IMG/VR virus record: IMGVR_UViG_3300045988_146774
Coordinates: 1 to 64,000 of that record
Length of the DNA: 64,000 nucleotides
Origin: a virus
Reading direction: 5' to 3' (one strand)
Shown here: positions 17,894-27,499 of the stretch, piece after piece
How the letters are laid out: every line of letters begins with the position of its first letter
How positions within the stretch are numbered: position 1 is the first letter of the stretch
Translations under genes and position numbers: made by a program
The notes under the pieces: model-generated
What the model was told of the DNA's origin: nothing
The model's input: only the letters and a program-made list of their open reading frames with translations
The model's database searches: none

Positions 17894-18040
17894 TTATTTC
17901 ATTGCAATATGAACAATAATACCTTTGAACTGTATTGCCAAATCCTCTTGCGTTACTCCACTTCTTGCAAGTAACATGTTTCTCTTTGCCATTTTATCAA
18001 TTTCTTCAAGTAATTCTTCTACCTTTACATATTCTTTCAT
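17894..18040 (-). CDS. small hypothetical protein (48 aa)
   Basis: Below cutoff. SD AGGAG lies 9 nt upstream. Confidence 0.5.
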   Translation of the reverse strand: MKEYVKVEELLEEIDKMAKRNMLLARSGVTQEDLAIQFKGIIVHIAMK

Positions 18041-18195
18041 AGACTTTTGTCTCCTAAAATGCGATTTTTATCATGCTACAATCTTTATATATCCATGTTT
18101 AATTAAATCAATTAAATCAGATGTATAATAATCCTCTTCTCTTATCACTTCATCATCCGGATATACTGGAACTAAAATGACTTTATAATTCCGTT

Positions 18196-18354
18196 CTACT
18201 TCTCTGTTCCATCTTTCATCAATCTTGCATATCTATCAGTTCCATCTTCTATGTTCAATACAAGAAAACTTCTATCACCATCATTCCACAACATTCTTGC
18301 ATCATGTTCCGGAATAATATCAAACCATTTTGAAAAATATTCTTCTGTAAACAT
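18196..18354 (-). CDS. small hypothetical protein (52 aa)
   Basis: Start at ATG 18354 after GGAGGA. The upstream part of the longest ORF looks non-coding. Confidence 0.5.
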   Translation of the reverse strand: MFTEEYFSKWFDIIPEHDARMLWNDGDRSFLVLNIEDGTDRYARLMKDGTEK

Positions 18355-18376
18355 TTTGATTCCTCCAATGTATGAT

Positions 18377-18577
18377 TTATTTATAAAATTTTGTCTCTCC
18401 TTCATATTTCGGAATACTTCTTTCAAACAATTCTGATATAGGAGCATGACTACTATATTCATAACTTGCCGGAAGCTTCCAATATTTTCGCTTATCATTA
18501 CAAATATAAACATTATTTCCCTTACAATATATTTCTTTTGCTTCTTCTCTTGTGATTTCCATATAGTTATTTTTCAT
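18377..18577 (-). CDS. hypothetical protein (66 aa)
   Basis: Start at ATG 18577 (MKNNYMEI..) after AAAGGA. Confidence 0.5.
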   Translation of the reverse strand: MKNNYMEITREEAKEIYCKGNNVYICNDKRKYWKLPASYEYSSHAPISELFERSIPKYEGETKFYK

Positions 18578-18593
18578 AAAAACTACATCCTTT

Positions 18594-18743
18594 CTAAAAT
18601 TCATACACAGAAGATACTTTTCTCTTCTTTCCGTCTTTCCAGTTACAAGGATTTTCCGCAATTTCCATTGCCTGTTCCTTAGTTCTTGCGTCTACAGATA
18701 TACCTAATTCTTCATTTTCAAAATCAACACACCATGTTCTCAT
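18594..18743 (-). CDS. small hypothetical protein (49 aa)
   Basis: Below cutoff. SD AAGGAG lies 8 nt upstream of ATG 18743. Confidence 0.5.
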   Translation of the reverse strand: MRTWCVDFENEELGISVDARTKEQAMEIAENPCNWKDGKKRKVSSVYEF

Positions 18744-18748
18744 TTTGA

Positions 18749-19444
18749 TTACTCCTTTTCCATATTCATTGCCAAAATATCAACATATGATATATGATAG
18801 TATTTACTTCTTGCATATTTTTTGAAGAATCCATATTCTTTATTTCCATTGCGTTCACTTACCACTTTTATTTTCCCAATCATTCCGCAATAAATTATGG
18901 ATTTCCCAATCAAACTATCACAAATTATTTTCGCTTCTTTTTCTACTTTTTCATTGTTGATAACAGCATTATATTGAATACGACAACCAATATTTTCATA
19001 ATCCATACCTTCTACCAGAGGAATAATTTCTTCCAACAGTTTGATATTCTCTTCTGGTGTTCTATTTTTATTAAAAGATAATTTGAAACAATCCATATAA
19101 TCTTTCCCATTCCATCCCTTATTACTCCAAAAATATAAATCCCAGTTACTTTTGTAATGTTCCATCGTGCTTGTTTCTTCTGAAACTTGATGGATATCAT
19201 ATTTATCCACAAAATGCTTTAAAATGTCATTTAATGATTTTGAAAAGCCTCTTGCGACATCTTCACAATGTTTACTCCATTCCGCATCTGTCATAGATTT
19301 TGCAATCTGACAATTCTCTTCTTTCTGTTCTTCTGAATAATGCCGATTAAAATTAATAGAATGAACCGTTAATTTTCCATATCCTTTTTTAATCAACGTC
19401 ATTCTATTGTTATTGATATAACTATAATCTTTTTTAACATACAT
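18749..19444 (-). CDS. hypothetical protein
   Basis: Start at ATG 19444 sits 8 nt after GGAG. The longest ORF uses GTG 19453. Confidence 0.7.
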   Translation of the reverse strand: MYVKKDYSYINNNRMTLIKKGYGKLTVHSINFNRHYSEEQKEENCQIAKSMTDAEWSKHCEDVARGFSKSLNDILKHFVDKYDIHQVSEETSTMEHYKSNWDLYFWSNKGWNGKDYMDCFKLSFNKNRTPEENIKLLEEIIPLVEGMDYENIGCRIQYNAVINNEKVEKEAKIICDSLIGKSIIYCGMIGKIKVVSERNGNKEYGFFKKYARSKYYHISYVDILAMNMEKE

Positions 19445-19474
19445 AATTTTCACTCCATTTCTATAATGAAATTG

Positions 19475-19885
19475 CTATTTCAGACTTCTCTTGCACGTCC
19501 AATTTCCGTTTATTGATTCACCTCTCATAAAGCATAAGTCACAGATCTTGCAACATCCTGTATTCAAGTCTTCATAAATCAGTGAATCAACAACACCACT
19601 TCCAATTCTCATTTGTAAATCTGCCTCAAATGTTATATAGAACAGTCCTTCGAACGCTTTAACAATAAGATCTAACTCATCCGGATTTCTAAAATACAAT
19701 GTCCCAACTCTTTTGCCTCTTTCTGGATGATTTGCAAGTTCAGTAAGATCATCATATGAACATCTATCAGATGTAATTACAATCTTATAAATATCACGTT
19801 CTTTTCTCCGTTTCATTTTCCGTAACTTGATATATTCTTCATCCGATAAATTGTCACAAATGATATCTCCAAAATATTTACGCAT
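19475..19885 (-). CDS. hypothetical protein
   Basis: Start at ATG 19885 sits 5 nt after GAGGTGA. Confidence 0.65.
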   Translation of the reverse strand: MRKYFGDIICDNLSDEEYIKLRKMKRRKERDIYKIVITSDRCSYDDLTELANHPERGKRVGTLYFRNPDELDLIVKAFEGLFYITFEADLQMRIGSGVVDSLIYEDLNTGCCKICDLCFMRGESINGNWTCKRSLK

Positions 19886-19917
19886 TCTTATCACCTCAAT
19901 CAACTTTTAAAATATAG

Positions 19918-20169
19918 TTAAAACATTGGCGTTTCCGTCTTCTCTTCATCTCTCCAATGCCAACCATCATATCCTAAACCAGATAAAAAACTGACATAAA
20001 TTGTAAACAGCCATTGTTCTCTCATGTCTTTAGTTCCCCTAATTTCACAGAATATATCAAGATTTTCAAACCGTGATTTCTCTTTTTCCGTCAGCCGTTG
20101 CCATGTCCATGATGTCTTAATAATATTCTGGAAGAATTTGTTTGTTACTTCATCTAATTTTTTTGCCAT
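19918..20169 (-). CDS. hypothetical protein
   Basis: 83-aa ORF with SD AGGTGA upstream. Confidence 0.65.
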   Translation of the reverse strand: MAKKLDEVTNKFFQNIIKTSWTWQRLTEKEKSRFENLDIFCEIRGTKDMREQWLFTIYVSFLSGLGYDGWHWRDEEKTETPMF

Positions 20170-20177
20170 AAAATCAC

Positions 20178-20519
20178 CTATTTTCTAAAATAATCTAATG
20201 ATAACCTCTTCCCTGTGTTATAGAAATCAAACCATATACCGTTACATTGTTCCCGTTGCACACCAATAATTTCAAGAAACATACTTTCTGTTTCGTTTAA
20301 CCATCGTCCTGCACTTAATCCGTAATAATATTTATCTTTCGGGACAGTAAATAAGATCTCTATCTGATCATTCCAATCCAAAGGAATTTCTTGAATCTTT
20401 GCATTCTGTGGAATATTTACCATATCCATTAATTTCCGTGCCAATTCACTTTTATTTAGCGACCGGCAATCTGTAGATTCAATGGAACATATTTTTTCTA
20501 CAATTTTCATAAAATTCAT
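20178..20519 (-). CDS. hypothetical protein
   Basis: 113-aa ORF with SD TTGGAG upstream. Confidence 0.65.
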   Translation of the reverse strand: MNFMKIVEKICSIESTDCRSLNKSELARKLMDMVNIPQNAKIQEIPLDWNDQIEILFTVPKDKYYYGLSAGRWLNETESMFLEIIGVQREQCNGIWFDFYNTGKRLSLDYFRK

Positions 20520-20562
20520 TTTAATCGCTCCAATTTATTTCCATTCTTATTGTCAATATATT

Positions 20563-20916
20563 TCAAGCTGCGTTTAATAATATTTCATCAACTTCAGATT
20601 CCGTAAGTTCTCTTACGATTTTCATTTTCTGTGCTAAAATCCAATTTCCGCCCTGGCTTTCCGGTCTATTGTAAGTTGTCCAATCTTCAATTTCACATTC
20701 AACCCACACTCTTTGTTCTCCGCTTGCAAGTCTCATTGATAAGTGTGGCGCAAATGGTATAAAACAGCAATGCCATCCACATCTAACGGCAAATCCTTTC
20801 GTGGGATAACATTTTGCTTGCATCCATTCATTTATTGGTGTTGAATATGTTTTATGTATAAAAAGTGGATATAAATTTCCGTCTGACAGTTTTCTTAGTA
20901 ATTTATACGCTTTCAT
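20563..20916 (-). CDS. hypothetical protein
   Basis: Start at ATG 20916 sits 9 nt after GGGAGA. Confidence 0.65.
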   Translation of the reverse strand: MKAYKLLRKLSDGNLYPLFIHKTYSTPINEWMQAKCYPTKGFAVRCGWHCCFIPFAPHLSMRLASGEQRVWVECEIEDWTTYNRPESQGGNWILAQKMKIVRELTESEVDEILLNAA

Positions 20917-20922
20917 TAACAA

Positions 20923-21135
20923 TCATCTCCCTTCATCAAACACATTATCCATAAACATCAGATCAAGATAATGCGCCAGTATTTCAAATTTTTCCGACCT
21001 CTGCAATTCGTTAAATAACTCCGCAACGTATTCTTTTTCCTGTTCAATTTGATCTTCATCATCTCCCATATCACGGATAAAGTTCATTAATTTTTCCGCT
21101 GACTGACGTGGTGTATGCTCATATTCTTTTGACAT
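20923..21135 (-). CDS. hypothetical protein
   Basis: Start at ATG 21135 sits 6 nt after GGAGGA. Confidence 0.6.
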   Translation of the reverse strand: MSKEYEHTPRQSAEKLMNFIRDMGDDEDQIEQEKEYVAELFNELQRSEKFEILAHYLDLMFMDNVFDEGR

Positions 21136-21137
21136 AA

Positions 21138-21383
21138 TCATTCCTCCTCATCCTCTTTAAAATACAATTCGTAATCAATATTTGCTTCTTCTAATCTCAG
21201 ACCAATCAAATCTCCGTAAGTCATATCACTGTCTTTAATATCTTGATCAGTCCAAAATTCATCATATGCTTTACCGGCAATTTCTTTTGCCTTTTCAAGA
21301 TCTCTATCAGAAACTAAAATGATCACATCCATCCAAGGATTCATAGTAGAAAAAATATTAATACATGTCCGTTCTTCTATCAT
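21138..21383 (-). CDS. hypothetical protein
   Basis: 81-aa ORF with SD AGGGAGA upstream. Confidence 0.65.
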   Translation of the reverse strand: MIEERTCINIFSTMNPWMDVIILVSDRDLEKAKEIAGKAYDEFWTDQDIKDSDMTYGDLIGLRLEEANIDYELYFKEDEEE

Positions 21384-21401
21384 GATTAATCGATCTCCCT
21401 T

Positions 21402-21593
21402 CTATAAATTTCCAAGAATCCACTTTTCTGCAAAGTCAAGTACAGCTTCAGGAACTTTAGGTTCTTCACTATAATTGAATGTATTTCCAACAAGTGTTGT
21501 TTCAATTTCAGTTTCTTCCTGATATGTAATTTTATATGTTCTCAAGTTACCAGTTTCTCTTACCAATTCGATTCTCAATACATTAATTCCCAT
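21402..21593 (-). CDS. hypothetical protein
   Basis: 63-aa ORF with SD GTGAGGA upstream. Confidence 0.6.
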   Translation of the reverse strand: MGINVLRIELVRETGNLRTYKITYQEETEIETTLVGNTFNYSEEPKVPEAVLDFAEKWILGNL

Positions 21594-21633
21594 TTTTTAT
21601 TCCTCACTTTCCGTTTTTGAAATCGTTCTTTTA

Positions 21634-22518
21634 TTAGGACATAATTTCTTCCATTGAATCATATAATGTTTCGCTTATACCGTAGTCTCTTGCAACATCT
21701 TCAATAAGTTCACTACCAAATTTACTATTAAAGAATCCCCAACAACTATCCGTTTCTTCCCAAGTATCATCTTCCGCATCGTATTCTTCTTCTATAATTC
21801 CATAAACTTCACCGGTAAGATATTGATCATATTCTTCAACTTCTCCTTCCATCCACAAGTAAGCTGCCTTCTTCCAGTTGTTCTTTGTTACTTTCGTTGA
21901 TTTCCCTTTTTTATTTCTATAATAGGCATTTAAATCAAGTATTGTCTTTCTATCTGTATAGATATAACCGACCTGACCGGAATCCCAACGACAACTGTAA
22001 CCACAAGTATTCATGGTGATTCCACTGTGGTCGTATAAAAATAATGGCATGAATATAATTTGTGCATGTTTTTCAAGTAGTTTCCATTTGTCTTCCTGTG
22101 GAAGTGCTTCAATAATATCATCAACAAGCCACGTTACATCTTCATATTCTTTGATAATTCCAAATTCTGCATCTCTGATACTCATTAATGGGAATAGGTA
22201 ATATGTTCCCCATAACTGCCACATCTTTTCATGTCTGTCATACCGTAATTCAAGACCATTTGATGTCTTTTTATTTTTAACATAATTGATAAGAGTATTA
22301 TCTTTTATATTTTCTCTTACAAGATCATTAAGAAAATCTTCATTATCTGCAAATTTATTTTCCTTGTAATCTCCAAGCGTATAATTTCTATGCCAGCACA
22401 TCATTTTCCCTATATGACCATCGTAGTCATACCTAGGGTTCGGTGGTGTATCATCGGTTTTAACACTAACCCTTTTTAATTTTCCGTTTTCTTTGTAGTA
22501 TTTATATTCATCAAACAT
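21634..22518 (-). CDS. hypothetical protein
   Basis: 294-aa ORF. ATG 22518 sits 6 nt after GGAGGA. Confidence 0.7.
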   Translation of the reverse strand: MFDEYKYYKENGKLKRVSVKTDDTPPNPRYDYDGHIGKMMCWHRNYTLGDYKENKFADNEDFLNDLVRENIKDNTLINYVKNKKTSNGLELRYDRHEKMWQLWGTYYLFPLMSIRDAEFGIIKEYEDVTWLVDDIIEALPQEDKWKLLEKHAQIIFMPLFLYDHSGITMNTCGYSCRWDSGQVGYIYTDRKTILDLNAYYRNKKGKSTKVTKNNWKKAAYLWMEGEVEEYDQYLTGEVYGIIEEEYDAEDDTWEETDSCWGFFNSKFGSELIEDVARDYGISETLYDSMEEIMS

Positions 22519-22520
22519 AA

Positions 22521-23108
22521 TCAATCCTCCATATTATCTTCTTCGCAAATAAACCAACCGTTTTTATTTCCCTCTTCCATTACATTGTCTTCAAAATCAT
22601 GTTGATATTCGATTATTTCTTCTTCACAAAAATTCTGTTCAAAAGCCTTCATCATTACCATTGCGAATGCTCTGCTAAAATCTAAATCAGAAGTTTTAAG
22701 TGCTATTTCAAATTGTTCTCTTTTATATGGAAAGAACGAAATAAAACCACTGTAAGAACCATAATTCTGTTTTGTCCATTTAAAGAATTCATCATTATAT
22801 TTTGCATTCCTTACATGTTTGATTATTTCGTCTGGTACGATTAAATCAAACTCAATAGAATCATTTTCGTAATTATACCAACATGGACTGTTAAAACTTC
22901 CGTTTTCTGCTTTGCATTTTCCAAACAAAGCAACTATAGAATCCTCTGATAAAATTTCATTTATCTTTTCAATTCCATATTCAAAAATTGCATTTCTAAA
23001 ATCATCAAAATAATCTTCATCAAGGTTCTCCATTGCGTCTCCAAGATTTGTACCATACGTTCCAGGTTCTATCAGATGCAGAAATTGTGTTGTCATTTTT
23101 AGTTTCAT
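22521..23108 (-). CDS. hypothetical protein
   Basis: 195-aa ORF with SD GAGGTGA 6 nt upstream. Confidence 0.7.
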   Translation of the reverse strand: MKLKMTTQFLHLIEPGTYGTNLGDAMENLDEDYFDDFRNAIFEYGIEKINEILSEDSIVALFGKCKAENGSFNSPCWYNYENDSIEFDLIVPDEIIKHVRNAKYNDEFFKWTKQNYGSYSGFISFFPYKREQFEIALKTSDLDFSRAFAMVMMKAFEQNFCEEEIIEYQHDFEDNVMEEGNKNGWFICEEDNMED

Positions 23109-23109
23109 G

Positions 23110-23415
23110 TCATTTCACCTCTTTCCACATATCAATTAATCCTGGCAATATATAACCCAGATCAATTTCTATATATTCATCAAACTCTTCTAACTCTTTC
23201 CGTTCCTCTTTTGTCGGAATTTTTGCTCCCATAATTCTCAGAACATCATCTTCCGTTCCATCAGCTTCAAGAATTCTATGAAGTGTTTCTTCCAATGCTC
23301 CAGATATATCTGTACTTCCTTTTTGTATAATTGCGTTCCGTGTCCAATATTCATGGCACATGTGAAATTCAACAATAGCCTCATCTTCTTCTAACAAGTC
23401 TTTTAATTCAATCAT
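23110..23415 (-). CDS. hypothetical protein
   Basis: Start at ATG 23415 sits 5 nt after AGGTGA. Confidence 0.65.
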   Translation of the reverse strand: MIELKDLLEEDEAIVEFHMCHEYWTRNAIIQKGSTDISGALEETLHRILEADGTEDDVLRIMGAKIPTKEERKELEEFDEYIEIDLGYILPGLIDMWKEVK

Positions 23416-23608
23416 TTTGTTCACCTAACCTTTCTAATAATGTTTTTGCATTTTTAACAAGCTGTTCTTCAGAAATGTTTCTCATACACAATTCATTAAA
23501 ATAACCATCGGGAATTCCACATTTTCTTGCATCTTTTAAAGAAATCTTATTTCCATTTTCAATAATTTTCAGCGCAAACTTCTTCCAATTGTCTTTTGGT
23601 ATTTTCAT
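23408..23608 (-). CDS. hypothetical protein
   Basis: Start at ATG 23608 sits 8 nt after AGGAG. Confidence 0.6.
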   Translation of the reverse strand: MKIPKDNWKKFALKIIENGNKISLKDARKCGIPDGYFNELCMRNISEEQLVKNAKTLLERLGEQND

Positions 23609-23618
23609 TTTCATCTCT

Positions 23619-23784
23619 CCTACAATTCTTCTTTCTTAATCCGTCCATTCTGATAAAACGTTGTTAAAACACCGGTTCCCTTATCAAACTTCACTTTTCC
23701 ATAGGCTACCATTGTAACTTTACCTTTGATGAGTTCTCCAATTGTATAATTAGAAAACCCGTATTTCCGTAATTTTTCTTCCAT
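23619..23784 (-). pseudogene. small ORF interrupted by an apparent 1-nt insertion (near 23760)
   Basis: ATG 23784 with an SD gives MEEKLRKY and then stops. Dropping one C of the CCCGG at 23757-23761 continues as GFSNYTIGELIKGKVTMVAYGKVKFDKGTGVLTTFYQNGRIKKEEL. Confidence 0.35.
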
Positions 23785-23804
23785 TTTGCATTAATTCCTT
23801 CCTA

Positions 23805-23839
23805 TTAAAATAAGACAGATACATTTCTGCATCTGTCTT
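23805..23839 (-). terminator. intrinsic terminator
   Basis: AAGACAGAT-N10-ATCTGTCTT stem followed by a T-rich tail on the minus strand. Confidence 0.55.
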
Positions 23840-23854
23840 TGTTTATTCTCTATA

Positions 23855-24010
23855 TTACTCTTCTTTGACTTCTAAAATCTCGTATTCAACATCACCATTG
23901 TCAAGACCGTAAATTCGCTTACATTCTTCAACAGATGATACTGTACAGCTTTGTGTTCTCCATTCCCAATTACTCATTACATCTTTATATTTGAATGTTA
24001 TATTAAGCAT
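23855..24010 (-). CDS. small hypothetical protein (start uncertain)
   Basis: Start at ATG 24010/24016 after AAGGA. The longest ORF (to 24118) overlaps the upstream gene by 116 nt. Confidence 0.45.
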   Translation of the reverse strand: MLNITFKYKDVMSNWEWRTQSCTVSSVEECKRIYGLDNGDVEYEILEVKEE

Positions 24011-24521
24011 CTGCATTTTCCTTCTTTGGTGTAATAAGTTTCGTAATCTTTTCTCTGAAAAATTCACAATATCCGTTAATACTTCCGTCATTGTAAACCC
24101 AGAACCAATCTTCATCATAATTCCAGAAAATCATTACTTCATGACCTACTGTAACACCGTCAAATACGTACTTGTTTCTCGTTCCATCTGTCGACTTAAA
24201 GCAATCATTCACACTACTTTCTGATGCTCCATTATTTCTTGCTTTAAGATATAAATATCTTCTAAGATTTTCTAAATCTCTTTCTGTCTGTACATCAAAA
24301 ATTTCAACCATATCTTCATCTGGTAAATTATCATTGATTTCACTTTGAGATGTATTGTCTTTTGTCAATCTTTTTAACTCTTTACTAATTGCGAACAATG
24401 CTGATTCCTCATATTTCTTACACTCTTTTTCGCTTCTAAATACAGTTCCATCTTCTGCAATGTATTCAATTTTTACTAATTCCTCGATTGTCTTTGTTTC
24501 TCTTACTTCATTCACTTTCAT
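24003..24521 (-). CDS. hypothetical protein
   Basis: 172-aa ORF with SD AAGGTGGAAGG upstream. Confidence 0.7.
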   Translation of the reverse strand: MKVNEVRETKTIEELVKIEYIAEDGTVFRSEKECKKYEESALFAISKELKRLTKDNTSQSEINDNLPDEDMVEIFDVQTERDLENLRRYLYLKARNNGASESSVNDCFKSTDGTRNKYVFDGVTVGHEVMIFWNYDEDWFWVYNDGSINGYCEFFREKITKLITPKKENADA

Positions 24522-24542
24522 AATATTTACCTTCCACCTTTA

Positions 24543-24836
24543 TTATTTTATATGTTCTTTAAATTTCTTTCTAATCAGCATCCAAAATCCTTTATCTGTT
24601 AGTGGCATTTTAGATACATCACATACCTTGCCACCGTCAAGATAGTTTGGATTTCCATTTGGCTTATACACATCATAATCAATACACCAGTTCCCATCAT
24701 AATCTCTTAATGTAACATCTACGCTGTATTCATCTGTATTGTACTGACCGAGGCTATCGTTTATCAAGTCATATTGTTTTTGCTTTAATGCTTTACGCAA
24801 TTTTGTATAATCTCCATAACATCTTGTTACTTTCAT
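24543..24836 (-). CDS. hypothetical protein
   Basis: Start at ATG 24836 sits 5 nt after GGTGGTGA. Confidence 0.65.
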   Translation of the reverse strand: MKVTRCYGDYTKLRKALKQKQYDLINDSLGQYNTDEYSVDVTLRDYDGNWCIDYDVYKPNGNPNYLDGGKVCDVSKMPLTDKGFWMLIRKKFKEHIK

Positions 24837-24872
24837 CTTAATCACCACCATTCCAAATTACAATTTCTTTGA

Positions 24873-25112
24873 CTATATATATTCAACAATATCCGTGTTC
24901 GTATTTCTAATTTTACCTTCTGATATATAATCAGATTTCTCTCTGCCACTCTTACAGTTTCTGTAATAATTCAGCAACATTACAAGATCGCCATCAGGAA
25001 TATTGTAACTATATTCAATACCTCCATTACTGTCACAATGAATAACTTCTATACTTTGTGATTTATTCTCTAATACAATCTTACATCCATTGTTTACTTC
25101 AATTTCTCTCAT
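24873..25112 (-). CDS. hypothetical protein
   Basis: Start at ATG 25112 sits 6 nt after AAGGAGG. Confidence 0.6.
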   Translation of the reverse strand: MREIEVNNGCKIVLENKSQSIEVIHCDSNGGIEYSYNIPDGDLVMLLNYYRNCKSGREKSDYISEGKIRNTNTDIVEYI

Positions 25113-25123
25113 ACTAGACCTCC

Positions 25124-25855
25124 TTATACCCATGCTGGCTTTACTTTAGTTTCTGGCAAACTTTCCAGCCACTTAATTATATCCTGTGGTACTTCTTCCA
25201 TCTTCCAAGCAGTTCCGTATTTATAGCCGCACACTGGACATTCTCTACCAATAAAACCGAGTTTGTGATCTTTATATAAAATCCAACCTCTTGTCTTATA
25301 TTCTGTATTTGAATGTCCTAAACAATCTTTCTCTTTTAATTCGTATGCTTCTCCATAAGTGACTTCTTCACAATCATAAACATCAATAGAATATTCCATA
25401 TTTGCATATGTTGTTTCCTCTTTAGTTGGATAAAATGGTTCTCCATTTTTCAAACATTCCAATGCTCTTTTCTTTGCGTTATCTTTTTTCTGACACGCTT
25501 CTTTCGTCAAAGTCCATTTCTCAATTTTAACTTTATCCTGAGTGTGCTCTGCCCATCCAAGTTCTCTCATGTGTTCACAATAAGGACGCATATCATTCAA
25601 ATGCCATCTATCCCAAATATCACATAATTTATTAAGCATTTCCGTTGTCCACTCATCTGTTGGTGAACCATTTCTGATTTCATCAACACACTGACCAGCA
25701 GAACCAAGGCAATCTCCGTTTGATAATGGCGCAACTACACCACTCATACTTAATTTTGAATCTTTATATTCAATTCTCACAAATGCATTTCTATCTACTT
25801 CGTTTCCTGTTCTTGTGTAAACCTTACATTTACAAGGGTTAATGATTTTATACAT
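25124..25855 (-). CDS. hypothetical protein with C-terminal CxxC
   Basis: 243-aa ORF with SD AAGGAGG 7 nt upstream. Confidence 0.7.
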   Translation of the reverse strand: MYKIINPCKCKVYTRTGNEVDRNAFVRIEYKDSKLSMSGVVAPLSNGDCLGSAGQCVDEIRNGSPTDEWTTEMLNKLCDIWDRWHLNDMRPYCEHMRELGWAEHTQDKVKIEKWTLTKEACQKKDNAKKRALECLKNGEPFYPTKEETTYANMEYSIDVYDCEEVTYGEAYELKEKDCLGHSNTEYKTRGWILYKDHKLGFIGRECPVCGYKYGTAWKMEEVPQDIIKWLESLPETKVKPAWV

Positions 25856-25857
25856 AA

Positions 25858-26127
25858 TTACGCCTCCTTAATTTCTTTCAACATACTGTCGATACACAAC
25901 ATTAAATTTTCTTCCATATTTTCTTTAACCATTTCCAGATGTTCGTTTACTTGTTTTCTGATTTCTTTTTCTGTTACATTGTGACCGTAATTTGCAATCA
26001 CTTCATCCATAATTTGCCTATATGTAAAACCTAAAAGTAAGTCCTCATTTTCATGTATTGGCAAATTATAAATAAACTCTTTCCCATTCCGTGAATCCGT
26101 TTTAGGATCATATAACCATCTGCTCAT
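25858..26127 (-). CDS. hypothetical protein
   Basis: 89-aa ORF with SD AGGAGG upstream. Confidence 0.65.
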   Translation of the reverse strand: MSRWLYDPKTDSRNGKEFIYNLPIHENEDLLLGFTYRQIMDEVIANYGHNVTEKEIRKQVNEHLEMVKENMEENLMLCIDSMLKEIKEA

Positions 26128-26144
26128 AATCGTTTCCTCCTTGT

Positions 26145-26184
26145 AATAAAATAGGCAGCTAGTAGATTATTCTCCTAACTGCCT
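26145..26184 (-). terminator. intrinsic terminator
   Basis: AGGCAG...CTGCCT stem followed by a T-rich tail on the minus strand, after the stop at 26191. Confidence 0.5.
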
Positions 26185-26190
26185 TTGTGG

Positions 26191-26388
26191 TTATGCATTA
26201 TGATATATTTCTAATGCATCCATATATTCTTTTTCACTTATCCTGCCTTTTCTTGCTGTAGTTCCGTCTTCAAGTTCTGTACTTGAATAAAAATATCTCC
26301 CACAAGTCCAATAATTGAACTGTACTCTCATGTCTTTCTCTTCATCATATGTTTCAATAATGAAGCCGTTCTCTTTTGGCTTTGCCAT
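26191..26388 (-). CDS. hypothetical protein
   Basis: Start at ATG 26388 sits 9 nt after GGAGG. Confidence 0.6.
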   Translation of the reverse strand: MAKPKENGFIIETYDEEKDMRVQFNYWTCGRYFYSSTELEDGTTARKGRISEKEYMDALEIYHNA

Positions 26389-26428
26389 ATAAATCAACCT
26401 CCAATCTTATAATAAAATCTTAGTTTCA

Positions 26429-26629
26429 TTACCAATATTTCGAATTCTCTTCTGCATATTTTTTAAGATTAAGCATTGAATCATCTGTTGATTTTAGCAT
26501 CCAAGAATCAAATCTTTCATTATACATCAACAATTTATATCTCCCTTCATATTCTGAACGTTTATCATTATGATGTATAATGAATAAATTTCCGTCAACC
26601 TTAAACCGTGTATCTAAAATTTTTCTCAT
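26429..26629 (-). CDS. hypothetical protein
   Basis: Start at ATG 26629 sits 5 nt after AGGTGA. Confidence 0.6.
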   Translation of the reverse strand: MRKILDTRFKVDGNLFIIHHNDKRSEYEGRYKLLMYNERFDSWMLKSTDDSMLNLKKYAEENSKYW

Positions 26630-26667
26630 GCTTATCACCTGTCTTTGAAATGCGAATTTATTTTGCG

Positions 26668-26883
26668 TTATAAATCCAGATCATCTTCATCACAGATAGT
26701 CCCACACTGTCCAGCAGATGTAAGTACCACTGCTTTATAATCATCTCCATAGAATGAACATATTCCTTTATAATTGTCTATTCCTTCAATATTATCTCCA
26801 TACATACTATTTTCTGCATGAAATACAACTGGCATATTATCATCATAACAACTTAACATTTCTCTTAATCGTCCTACTGTCAT
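26668..26883 (-). CDS. hypothetical protein
   Basis: 71-aa ORF. The ATG lies 1 nt after the upstream stop. Confidence 0.65.
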   Translation of the reverse strand: MTVGRLREMLSCYDDNMPVVFHAENSMYGDNIEGIDNYKGICSFYGDDYKAVVLTSAGQCGTICDEDDLDL

Positions 26884-26884
26884 T

Positions 26885-27073
26885 TTATCTCATCTCCTCT
26901 CCACCAAAAAGTTCCTCTTTTGGATCAACAAACTCAATCTTCTGTACCCAGATTGTACACTTATATTCCTCTTTCAGATGCTTGTACACAAGTTTTGCAC
27001 TCTCTTTATTATCTACAGTGCGAAGACGCTCTAAACTTCCATCTGTTTTATAACAACCTAATTTATACATCAT
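26885..27073 (-). CDS. hypothetical protein
   Basis: Start at ATG 27073 sits 8 nt after GGAGGG. Confidence 0.55.
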   Translation of the reverse strand: MMYKLGCYKTDGSLERLRTVDNKESAKLVYKHLKEEYKCTIWVQKIEFVDPKEELFGGEEMR

Positions 27074-27311
27074 TGTTATTTCCCTCCTCTGAAATATCGC
27101 TTTCATCCTCTACCCATTCAAGTCCAAATACAGATACATAATATTCTCCATAAGACATTAAATCGTCAGGATTTCTCTTTACTGAAATTTTGCCTATACC
27201 ATGCGTAGGTTCTCTCCAATAAGAAGCAATTGCCTTATCCCCTCTAAAATCTGTAAGAACATCTCCCTTCTGCACTTCTTTGCCTGTAGCTTTATATATT
27301 AATCGAGCCAT
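27063..27311 (-). CDS. hypothetical protein
   Basis: 82-aa ORF with SD GGAGGT upstream. Confidence 0.65.
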   Translation of the reverse strand: MARLIYKATGKEVQKGDVLTDFRGDKAIASYWREPTHGIGKISVKRNPDDLMSYGEYYVSVFGLEWVEDESDISEEGNNNDV

Positions 27312-27313
27312 GT

Positions 27314-27487
27314 TTACACCTCCATTTTCGCTATTGTCTTCACAACTTTCCCTTTATGACATACTGTCACTTTTCTAACTCCGGGAAATTTTACAAACCG
27401 TTTACCGGTATTAACTGCATTCCGTTGCTCTCTGAAATCTCCGGAATGAACTCCATCTGCGTAGATACTGTATTCTTTATTTTGCAT
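27314..27487 (-). CDS. small hypothetical protein (57 aa)
   Basis: Below cutoff. SD GGAGG lies 8 nt upstream. The same AGGAGGAAAGCGAAA leader precedes 27500-27883. Confidence 0.5.
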   Translation of the reverse strand: MQNKEYSIYADGVHSGDFREQRNAVNTGKRFVKFPGVRKVTVCHKGKVVKTIAKMEV

Positions 27488-27499
27488 TTCGCTTTCCTC

